Assembly: GCA_965205265.1 (NCBI GenBank)
Contig: CBDBGH010000003.1
Location: forward strand, 3,616,001-3,680,000
DNA: 64,000 nucleotides
Direction: 5' to 3'
From: Alphaproteobacteria bacterium
GTDB lineage: Bacteria; Pseudomonadota; Alphaproteobacteria; Bin95
The position numbers and the translations under genes were made by a program. This document shows positions 32,195 to 40,334 of this stretch, piece by piece. The notes under the pieces were generated by a model that was not told where the DNA came from, searched no databases, and was given only the letters and a program-made list of their open reading frames with translations. The number at the start of each line of letters is the position of its first letter. The first letter of the stretch is position 1.

Positions 32195-32825
32195 GGTGAA
32201 GCTCCAGAGTGTTCGGAACCCGCGTCAACGGTTCCTGCCGGTGGCGTGTCGAGTGCGGCTTCCGGCGATGCTCCTTCGGGAAGGGCATGCAGGCAAGGAC
32301 ATCGTGCCCGGTCTCGTCCAGGAAGGTAGCGAACCTGGGCGCCCCGGCCCTGAGCCGGACCGCGACCTGTCGCCACTGGACGCCAGCGCATTTCTTCTCT
32401 GTGTTCCTCTTTTTTTCTCAATGAGGGGTTGCAATGGGAAAGAAAATCTAACATAACGGGAAGCGGACGGCGCAAGAGGAGTCAGCTCTTGCACCGCCCT
32501 GACCAAGGATCTTCTGGAGAAAGATCGCATGGCTGCTCACGAACTTAGCACGGCCCCGACGCCGGCTGTCAGCCCATACGACCGTCCCTGGCAACCGGCG
32601 CGAACCGGGATTCCGCCCGGCATTTGCGCCGCCTCCCGGCGCGCGCCCTCCGGCCGCGCCCGGCGGTCATTGCGCCCGGAGACAGTCGGGGCTCACGCCG
32701 CCCGCCCGCCCGCGGCGCATTCGCTGAATCCCTGAGTCCCCGGCGCCGTCCGGCGTCCGGCGATGACCGGCAACGTCCTGCGCTTCACAGGCGCAGGCGA
32801 CAGGCTGTGGAACTGTGAGGAGACC

Positions 32826-33704
32826 ATGACCGACAGCGACTTCACCCTGCCGGAGGCCGCACCCGCCGTCCGGCTCGGGCCGAACCCCGACAACGGCCGC
32901 GACCTGGTGGTCGGCGACGTCCATGGCCATTTCGCCACGCTGCGCCATGCGCTGGCCGAACTGGAGGTCGGCGCGGGCGACCGGCTGTTCTCGCTCGGCG
33001 ACCTGGTCGACCGCGGCCCCGACTGCTTCCAGGCAAAGGCCTGGATCGAGGGTTCGGCCCTCCCGGCTCTGGGGCCGGGACAGGCCCCGGCGCGGTTCGA
33101 CCTTGTCGTCCGCGGCGATCACGAGCAGCTGATGCTCGACGCGCTGGGCCCGCAGGTCTCGGCGGCATACAGGCCGCTCTGGCCGGCCGACTGGAACCTC
33201 TGGCGTCTCAATGGCGGAGACTGGTGGGAGGAGGGGGACCCGGTCGACCCCGCATCGGGGGGAGTCTGCCCCGGACTGCGATCCGGGAGGACAGGCGATG
33301 CCCGGTCCTGGGCCGTGGCGCTCGCGGGGCTGCCCTTCGCGGCCCGCATCGAGACGTCGCACGGCCCGGTGGGCCTCGTGCATGCCTGCCCGGTCCACCG
33401 CTCATGGGAGGCGCTGGAAGAGGCGCTCCGGCAGGACGGGCCCGACGGCCGCCGCACGCGCACGCGCGCGCTCTGGAGCCGCGTCCATCACCGGACCCGC
33501 CGGCCGGAGACCGACGGGCCGGTGGCGGGCGTGCGCGCCGTCCTGACCGGCCACACGCCCATGCCCGGGCCCGTCTGGCGCGCGAACGTCCTCGATATCG
33601 ACACCGGTATCGTCCGCCAGGGCATGCGCCGCCTCACTGTCGCACGTATCGACACGAAGGAGATCGGGACATGGACCTTCGACCGGGTGCCTGGCGAGAC
33701 GTAA
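32826..33704 (+). CDS. PphA/lambda-type Ser/Thr metallophosphoesterase (uninterrupted copy)
   Basis: GDVHG, GDLVDRG, RGDHE (Asn replaced by Asp), GLVHA, TGHTP, DIDTG; RBS GAGGAG. Confidence 0.88.
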   Translation: MTDSDFTLPEAAPAVRLGPNPDNGRDLVVGDVHGHFATLRHALAELEVGAGDRLFSLGDLVDRGPDCFQAKAWIEGSALPALGPGQAPARFDLVVRGDHEQLMLDALGPQVSAAYRPLWPADWNLWRLNGGDWWEEGDPVDPASGGVCPGLRSGRTGDARSWAVALAGLPFAARIETSHGPVGLVHACPVHRSWEALEEALRQDGPDGRRTRTRALWSRVHHRTRRPETDGPVAGVRAVLTGHTPMPGPVWRANVLDIDTGIVRQGMRRLTVARIDTKEIGTWTFDRVPGET

Positions 33705-33910
33705 TGACAACCGGCCCGAAGACGCCATCCGGGATCGTGGGGGAACTGCGCTTCGGGATGAACAGCGCAGGGCAGTTCAACTTGTTCCTCTATGCGCCAT
33801 GCTCAAGGTAGCTACAGGCCAATAGGCCGCGCTCTGCTGCATCGCCTCCCCATAGACGGCCTGCGTCGAACGGATACCGTCTATGGGGAGGGACCGGCGA
33901 CCGGAAGGAG

Positions 33911-34957
33911 TCAGCAGCAATTGTCGTTGGGATGGTCTTGGTCGTCGTCTTCCCAATCGGCTTCTTCCTTGCCAGCAGCTCGACGCCGCACACGTCCAGC
34001 GAACTCTCGGTAGTGGATTTTCCCGTCTGCGTAGTCGGCCAGGAGGTCTTGGTAATTGTCGAAGCGGGTACGTGCATCTGGAAGCTGCTCGGGCAAGGTC
34101 GTGCCGATGAAACTCAAGAGGCGGGCGTCAGGCGCGTCGCCGACTCGGATGTCGTTGAAGCCGAGCGAGTCTTGGCGCATTGCGCGGTCAGCCAGACCCC
34201 TATCGGTGACGTGATAGAGCTGGTTGAGGGTTTGATAGAGAATTACGCCGCACTCGCCGAGGACATCGAAGGTAGCGCGCGGAAAGCGGCGAGCGACGAG
34301 GATCGGAACGCAGTTCAGCGCGACACACTTTTCAAGTAGCCGCTTGACTTCGTCCGTATCGGGGTAAATCCACCTACGGAAGCTCTTTGCCTCGACACCG
34401 GCAAACCCCGCTGTGCGATGCAGATAGAGGAAGTCGAGCAGACGTCCCTCGGGTATTGCGCGGCCCCCGATGTGGGCGGGTGGTTCCTCCTTGCGGTAGC
34501 GGCTCTTTCGTTCTGCGACGGACGGGTCGAAATCGGGAAATCGGCCGAAGTAGGGAGCATTGGATTGGGCACCAAGTGCGCGGAAGATGGCAAGTTCCAG
34601 GCACTGGCCCCGACGATCCGAAACGGCTGGTTTAGAAAGTGCACGGAGAACGCGCCTCAGCGTGGCGAGGCGTGCTTGTACGCCTGTTTCCGGGGCATCG
34701 GGAAGGTGGAACCACGACGGATCGTCGTTGATGCCGACAATCTCCACTAGGTCGCCATCGCGAACGAGGATCTTGCGGGCCATGCCCAATATATGAGGCT
34801 CCAGCGGCTGGGCGCCCGTGTCGCAGATCTCGTGTTCGAGCATCCGCGCTGTCATGACGACTCGACGGGAGAGGACGTCGCGCAGCCGAGCCTTGGCGAG
34901 CGCGAGGTCGGCCGGATCCGACTCCGGGTGCGATGACGTTGGGGGGCGACGCGCCAT
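33911..34957 (-). CDS. PD-(D/E)xK restriction-endonuclease-like protein
   Basis: G..LELAIF helix, GRLLDFL...GVEAKSFRRWIYP; RBS GAGGGAGG. Confidence 0.6.
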   Translation of the reverse strand: MARRPPTSSHPESDPADLALAKARLRDVLSRRVVMTARMLEHEICDTGAQPLEPHILGMARKILVRDGDLVEIVGINDDPSWFHLPDAPETGVQARLATLRRVLRALSKPAVSDRRGQCLELAIFRALGAQSNAPYFGRFPDFDPSVAERKSRYRKEEPPAHIGGRAIPEGRLLDFLYLHRTAGFAGVEAKSFRRWIYPDTDEVKRLLEKCVALNCVPILVARRFPRATFDVLGECGVILYQTLNQLYHVTDRGLADRAMRQDSLGFNDIRVGDAPDARLLSFIGTTLPEQLPDARTRFDNYQDLLADYADGKIHYREFAGRVRRRAAGKEEADWEDDDQDHPNDNCC

Positions 34958-35042
34958 GGAATTGGAGCCTCCCTCAGGATAGTGAGTCAACACAGCGATT
35001 ATATCTTAATTGAATGGTCTTCCAATCACACTGTGCAGTTAC

Positions 35043-35048
35043 TATAAT
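35043..35048 (+). promoter_or_regulatory. sigma70 -10 box upstream of the E1/E2/JAB operon
   Basis: TATAAT in an AT-rich divergent intergenic region. Confidence 0.45.
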
Positions 35049-35076
35049 TGGATACTCTCAACTGAAGGATGGGACC

Positions 35077-35271
35077 ATGGCACGAAAACCTACGATCGAG
35101 GAGCTGGAAAGCATCCTGGACGACGAGGAGGACATCCCGATCGAGATACTCCCCAACGGCGAGATTCGGGCGCTTGGAGGTAGCGACGCGGCGGAGCGGA
35201 ATTTCCAGAAGCCGCTGACGATGCGTGAGGACCTCGGCGGCGAATACGGACGGCGAGGTAACCAAGCATGA
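35077..35271 (+). CDS. 64-aa acidic peptide, candidate non-canonical protein modifier/substrate
   Basis: MARKPTIEELESILDDEED...RALGG...REDLGGEYGRRGNQA; GAAGGA upstream; ATGA overlap with the E2 gene. Confidence 0.7.
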   Translation: MARKPTIEELESILDDEEDIPIEILPNGEIRALGGSDAAERNFQKPLTMREDLGGEYGRRGNQA

Positions 35272-35642
35272 ATCTGGCGCGAATCCGCGAAGACATCGCC
35301 GCTGCGCAACGGTATTTCCAATATGTTGAGGGCCGGGCGACGCCGGAAGGTGGCTTGATGGCGCTCATCGCGCTGCAGACCAGCGGGCGCCTCTACACCC
35401 TCGGCGTGTCGTTTCCAGATTCGTACCCGAACGCGATGCCCGAGGTACATGTCAGGAAACCGTCGCTGTCATACTCACCGCACCAGTACCTGCACGACCG
35501 GATCTGCTACCTCCACCCGCACATGTGGAACCCGGGTCGTCACAACCTGACCTTCGTCATACAGCGCGCCGCGAAATGGCTCGGCAAGTATGAGGTGTAC
35601 CGGAAGACGGGGAAGTGGCCGGGGGCAGGTTTGGACCATTGA
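35268..35642 (+). CDS. prokaryotic E2/UBC-like protein
   Basis: FPDSYPNAMPEV...SPHQY...RICYL...WNP pattern matches UBC fold YP..PP/HPN/ICL/W.P. Confidence 0.8.
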   Translation: MNLARIREDIAAAQRYFQYVEGRATPEGGLMALIALQTSGRLYTLGVSFPDSYPNAMPEVHVRKPSLSYSPHQYLHDRICYLHPHMWNPGRHNLTFVIQRAAKWLGKYEVYRKTGKWPGAGLDH

Positions 35643-35646
35643 GACG

Positions 35647-36246
35647 ATGAGCAACACTCAACGCCAGGCGACTGTGAAGCTGATCGAGGGGCAGGCATCT
35701 GGCCCGCGGTCCAACGATACGCACATCGAGTTCAAGCCCCTGCCGATGATGGCGCTGCGCAGCAGCCCAGGGGAGGTGCTCGACGAAGTGTCGAAGGAGG
35801 GGGCCGCCTACCTGATCGAACGCAACGGGCAGCAGAAAGCGTGTCTGGTTCCCATATCGTGCTTTCTGCCGGATATCCAGCGATCACGCGTAACGGCGGA
35901 ACTCGACAGACTCGAGGACTCCGTGGAGAAGTACCGCGTGGCAATCAGCGCCGAGCGGGAGATGCAGTTCCTTTTCCGCGAATTCAGCGGCGACACGCGA
36001 TTGGAGGTGGCGGTGACGCTGCCCCATGGCTACCCCAACAAGGCGCCCGTGGTGACGGCTGAGCCGATCGAGGAAGGCTGTCCGCACCGGTGGCCAGACG
36101 GGACGTTATGCCTCTATGGCGCAGTGGCGGTGTGGAACCCGGGTAGGCACGACGTGATGCACGCAGTCGCGCTCTTCCGGCGGTGGATCCAGCACTACAC
36201 CGTATGGCGGCAGACAACCGAGTGGCCGCGGGAGGGGTTGGAATGA
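35647..36246 (+). CDS. Phd/YefM-like domain fused to an E2/UBC-like domain
   Basis: N-terminal LRSSPGEVLDEV...YLIERNGQQKACLVP; C-terminal LPHGYPNKAPVV...CPHRWPDGTLCLY...WNPGRH. Confidence 0.75.
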   Translation: MSNTQRQATVKLIEGQASGPRSNDTHIEFKPLPMMALRSSPGEVLDEVSKEGAAYLIERNGQQKACLVPISCFLPDIQRSRVTAELDRLEDSVEKYRVAISAEREMQFLFREFSGDTRLEVAVTLPHGYPNKAPVVTAEPIEEGCPHRWPDGTLCLYGAVAVWNPGRHDVMHAVALFRRWIQHYTVWRQTTEWPREGLE

Positions 36247-37085
36247 TGACTGACGGTCTTTTTGCGAGGGTTGAGCCTCTGTTCGACGTCGACGCATTCC
36301 GGGACCAGTGGGTGCTGATCGCCGGTTGCGGGTCGGGCGGCGGCCAAGTAGCGCTGCAGCTGGTCATGTCGGGAGTCAGAAAGTTCATCCTGGTGGACAT
36401 GGACGAGGTCGCGGTCGAGAACATCATCAGACATGTGTGCGGCCTCCGTTATGTGGGCTGGCGCAAGACCGCGGCGCTCGCCGACGTCCTCAAGGATCGC
36501 AACCCGGAGGTCGAGATCAGGTCGTTCAACGAGGATGTTCTCGAATGGCCGGGCTTGGAAGACGAGGTTGAGCGGGCGAGCGTGGTCGTGATCGGAACGG
36601 ACAACGAGCCGAGCCGCTACCGGCTGAACGAAGTATGCGTGAAAACGGCGACGCCGTTCACGGTCGGGCGCGTGTTCACCCGCGGCATCGGCGGCGAAGC
36701 CTACGCATACCGGCATGGAAGCACCGGATGTCTGGCCTGCCTGGAGGGGGTTCTGGAACGCACCCGGTTCCGGGAAGGGGTGCGCGAGATCGACCTCGCA
36801 ACGGAGGAAGAGCGCCAAAAGATGTACGACCTTGAAATCGAGGAGATCAAGGACTCGCCAGGCTTGTCGGTGGACATCGGCTTCATTGCCGCGTTTCACA
36901 CGCGGCTCACGCTGGACGCACTCGGTGAAATGGCCGACGAGCGGCCGAAGTTCATGACGCCGCTCGAGGAGAACTACCTCGTGTGGGGCAACCGGACTGT
37001 CCACCCGTTCTCGAAGAATTTCCAACTGCAGCGGATGTCCTTGCAGCCGCAGAAAGGCTGCAATGTCTGCGGAGGGCAGGTATGA
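36243..37085 (+). CDS. ThiF/E1-like adenylyltransferase
   Basis: IAGCGSGG, VDMDEV..ENIIRH, GTDN..SR, CLAC and C-terminal CNVC zinc ligands. Confidence 0.92.
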   Translation: MMTDGLFARVEPLFDVDAFRDQWVLIAGCGSGGGQVALQLVMSGVRKFILVDMDEVAVENIIRHVCGLRYVGWRKTAALADVLKDRNPEVEIRSFNEDVLEWPGLEDEVERASVVVIGTDNEPSRYRLNEVCVKTATPFTVGRVFTRGIGGEAYAYRHGSTGCLACLEGVLERTRFREGVREIDLATEEERQKMYDLEIEEIKDSPGLSVDIGFIAAFHTRLTLDALGEMADERPKFMTPLEENYLVWGNRTVHPFSKNFQLQRMSLQPQKGCNVCGGQV

Positions 37086-37996
37086 ACGCGATGAGAGACG
37101 TACGTTCGGTCAGGGTCGAAATTGCCGCGCGGGCCTTGGAGGCCGTTTTCGAGGAGTGCGACCGCTACGACAGCGACGAGACGGGCGGGCGGATGGTGGG
37201 GCACTTCTCGCTGGAGCGGAACACGCTGGTGGTGAGGGCGCGTGGAGTCATAGAACCGGGGCCTAACGCCAAGCGGACCAGCGCCAGCTTCTTCCAGGAC
37301 GGTGACTACCAGACCGAGATCTTCCGGCGGATCGAAGCCAAGGACCCGACGGTCGAGCACCTGGGCAACTGGCACACGCATCATGTGAACGGGTATCCGA
37401 ACCTGAGCGGAGGCGACGTGGCAACCTATCGCCGCATCGTGAACCACGAGCTGCACAACCTGGACTTCTTCTACGCGTTGCTGGTGACGGCGCGCCGTGA
37501 GGGACGGTCGGGACTCGGCCGTTACACGGTGCGGCACTACGTTCTGTTCCGCGGAGACGACGGGGTCTATGAGGTAGATCCGGGGAATGTCCGGATAACG
37601 GACGAGGCGACGATCTGGCCGAAAGACGCAGCCGGGCCGGGCGACGGGCTCGAAACCGACCCTCAACGAATGAAGCAGGCTGCTGCCATCCGCGCGCACG
37701 ACCTGCAGGTCCTCAAGGTCATGTACCCTTCGCTGAGTCCGCGACAGTCGGCGCGGTCGGAGATGTTCTTCTGGAAGGGGCCGTTGCCGCTGATCGATGG
37801 TACTGAAGCGGGGCTGCGGATCCTGGAAGTGGAAGACGATGAGGGGCTTGCCTACTACCTGAGGGTGAGCCCGGCCTCGGCGGAGGCGAGGGAGCTGTAC
37901 GAGACGCGCTTCCGAAGCGCGAGCGAGGCAGTGCGCACGCTGGAGGTGAGCTTGGACCGGGCGATCTACCGGTCTGCCGCTGGATCGGAGGGCTGA
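37082..37996 (+). CDS. JAB/MPN metalloprotease with a C-terminal extra domain
   Basis: ETGG, LGNWHTHH...NLSGGD (E..HxH..S..D JAMM motif). Confidence 0.88.
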   Translation: MNAMRDVRSVRVEIAARALEAVFEECDRYDSDETGGRMVGHFSLERNTLVVRARGVIEPGPNAKRTSASFFQDGDYQTEIFRRIEAKDPTVEHLGNWHTHHVNGYPNLSGGDVATYRRIVNHELHNLDFFYALLVTARREGRSGLGRYTVRHYVLFRGDDGVYEVDPGNVRITDEATIWPKDAAGPGDGLETDPQRMKQAAAIRAHDLQVLKVMYPSLSPRQSARSEMFFWKGPLPLIDGTEAGLRILEVEDDEGLAYYLRVSPASAEARELYETRFRSASEAVRTLEVSLDRAIYRSAAGSEG

Positions 37997-38826
37997 TGAC
38001 GATGGAGATATTGACGCTCTATGCGGGTCAGGGGAATTTCGCGGTTGTCCGCCATGGTGGGCAGGCAATCGTGGTGGATACCCGGCGCCCGGCCGAATGT
38101 TCGGACGACATCGCGTCGAAGGTGAGCCGATTTCTGAGGGGGCGGGAACTGGTGGGCATCGTGTTGACGGGGTTCGACGACGATCACGCGGACCCGGACG
38201 GACTCGACTGGCTGCTGGAGGATTATGCGGCGGCCTGGGTGATGTATCCCAAGTACTACAAGGATACGGAAAACACGCAGCGGGTGTTCAACGTAATCCG
38301 CAAGCATGAACGACGGCGCGAGAACACGCACAATCCACTTGAGCGTGTGTCGGTTCGCCTCGACCGGCTAGACTCACGGTACCTCGACGAGCTGTCCGAT
38401 GAGTTCGACCTGGAGCTCTTTTCGCCGCACATCGAGGACATGGACAACTCGAACAACTGCAGCATCGTACTGAAGATCGAAGGAGTCGGACCAGACGGAT
38501 TCGGATACCTCGTGACCGGCGATACCGAGAACCCGCGCTGGGACAGGATTGTGGCTCTGTTCGACGATGCCTTGGCGGCGGACGTCATGGCTGCACCGCA
38601 TCACGGGTCCAAGAATGCGGCGCATCCGGGCATGGCCCTGGCGGTTTCGCCCGACACGGTGCTGATCAGCGCCGGCATCGACAATCAGTACGGACACCCG
38701 GACGCGAAGGCGGTGGCGCTCTATTCGCGCGTCGCCGAGCATGTGTTCCAGACCAACATCCGGACAGGGATTTCGTGGCTCACGAGGCGCGTGGGTAGTG
38801 ATTTCCCGACGCAAAGGGTGGCGTAA
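37996..38826 (+). CDS. ComEC/Rec2-like metallo-beta-lactamase-fold hydrolase
   Basis: GQG, IVVD, TGFDDDH, NNCSIV, LVTGD, APHHGS, ISAG..NQYGHP; TGATG overlap. Confidence 0.85.
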   Translation: MTMEILTLYAGQGNFAVVRHGGQAIVVDTRRPAECSDDIASKVSRFLRGRELVGIVLTGFDDDHADPDGLDWLLEDYAAAWVMYPKYYKDTENTQRVFNVIRKHERRRENTHNPLERVSVRLDRLDSRYLDELSDEFDLELFSPHIEDMDNSNNCSIVLKIEGVGPDGFGYLVTGDTENPRWDRIVALFDDALAADVMAAPHHGSKNAAHPGMALAVSPDTVLISAGIDNQYGHPDAKAVALYSRVAEHVFQTNIRTGISWLTRRVGSDFPTQRVA

Positions 38827-39093
38827 CGAAGGGTCGGAGGATGCCTGGACCATTGGTCCCAGAGCGAACTTCAAGAACGCATGCCATTCCGATTTGACTG
38901 CAGTGGGCGGAACGCGAGGCGCGTCACCTGCTCCACGAAGGCGAGGGCAAGTGGGACTCGCACCGACCCCCGACGACAGCATCCTGCTTGCGACGATCTC
39001 GAAAGAGACGCGAATGCGTGGGTGGTGGGCGTAATGACGATCATCCGCAAAGGTGGGTGTGTCGGCTTCTCTACGCGGGCTTGGTGAGCAGCG

Positions 39094-40236
39094 ATGAAGG
39101 TCGCGCTCGCACTCTCCGGGGGCGGCGTCCGAGCGGCCGTGTTCCACTGTGGCGTGCTGCAGCGCTTGGCGCTGGACGGCTTGTTGGAATCGACGGCGTT
39201 TGTGTCGACGGTCTCAGGGGGCAGTCTGGTCGTGGGGTTAATCCTCTGCCAGAACGGCCATCAATGGCCGGGCAGCAAGGAGTTTCTCGAAGCCGTGCTG
39301 CCGAGCGTTAGGACTCGGCTCACGACGGCGACCCTGCAATGGTCCTATGCGTGGAGGTCGGTCGTGCTCCCCTGGAGACTTGCCCGCGGGCGTGCGCACG
39401 TTCTCGCGGGCCTGCTTGAAGCCCAATGGGGAATCTGCGGGACGATGCAGGACGCACCTGAGACACCCCGTTGGATGGTGAATGCGACCTGTTACGAAAC
39501 AGGGCGGAACTGGCGGTTCAGCCAGCGACGAATGGGCGACTACGCTACGAACTATGTGTTGAAGCCGACGACGCCAATCGCCGATGCGATCGCCGCTTCG
39601 GCCGCCGTGCCGGGGGCAATCGGACCGCTTGCGATCCGGTCGGCCGACTACGATTGGCACCGCTACGAGAGTGGACAGCTTGTGGCGAGCTCGACGCCTG
39701 CAAAGCGGTACGCGTTGTGGGACGGTGGAGTGTACGACAACTTGGGCGTGGAATCACTGTTCAAACCCGGCGGCGGATTCCGTGACGGCTTCGACTTCCT
39801 GGTGGTGAGCGACGCATCGGCACCGCTGTCCCTGGACATTGGGAAGGTCAAGCGAATGTTCATGCCATGGCGGCGAGCGCTTCGTCTGGTGGACGTGGCA
39901 ACGGAGCAGGTGCGGGGGTTGCGGGCGCGGTCGCTGATCGCCGAGTTTCAGCGAGCCCCGGCAGCGGGCGTTTATGTAAGGATTGGCAACACCGTCGAGA
40001 CGGTTTACGGCGCCGTACGCCGAGAGCCTCCCGCCGGGGAGCATCTCGGGGAGATCGACGTCGCCCGCGCGGAGCGTTTCAAGACGACTCTCCGACGACT
40101 TAGCGGGGAAGAGTTCGAACTCTTGAGGCGACATGGATTCGAGGTGGCGAACGCGACGTTGGCAACGCGGCAGCCCGAGCGGTTTTCGTACAGGGTGTTG
40201 TCCGGCGCGCCGCTTCCACGCCGATCAGCACCATAA
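39094..40236 (+). CDS. patatin-like phospholipase
   Basis: LALSGGGVRA, STVSGGS nucleophile elbow, ASAAVPG, DGGVYDNLG. Confidence 0.9.
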   Translation: MKVALALSGGGVRAAVFHCGVLQRLALDGLLESTAFVSTVSGGSLVVGLILCQNGHQWPGSKEFLEAVLPSVRTRLTTATLQWSYAWRSVVLPWRLARGRAHVLAGLLEAQWGICGTMQDAPETPRWMVNATCYETGRNWRFSQRRMGDYATNYVLKPTTPIADAIAASAAVPGAIGPLAIRSADYDWHRYESGQLVASSTPAKRYALWDGGVYDNLGVESLFKPGGGFRDGFDFLVVSDASAPLSLDIGKVKRMFMPWRRALRLVDVATEQVRGLRARSLIAEFQRAPAAGVYVRIGNTVETVYGAVRREPPAGEHLGEIDVARAERFKTTLRRLSGEEFELLRRHGFEVANATLATRQPERFSYRVLSGAPLPRRSAP

Positions 40237-40334
40237 GTGACTGATCCCGTTGGATACCGAAGTATCAGGCCCCCGCGCATAGCGGCATGCCAGATCGAGT
40301 GCCCCGAAAGGCGGGAAGGCACGCCTGAGCCCTG

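Noticed and set aside
32195-32760. Possible IS fragment or small genes
   Set aside because: Short ORFs with no motif I can support and no identifiable terminal repeats.
36243-37085. Thiamine/molybdopterin biosynthesis ThiF/MoeB
   Set aside because: No ThiS/MoaD, thiG or moa genes nearby; context is E2, JAB and MBL.
35077-40236. Type II CBASS or Pycsar (E1/E2, JAB and patatin are present)
   Set aside because: No CD-NTase or pyrimidine cyclase motif in or near the operon; E1 and E2 are separate genes rather than a Cap2-type fusion.
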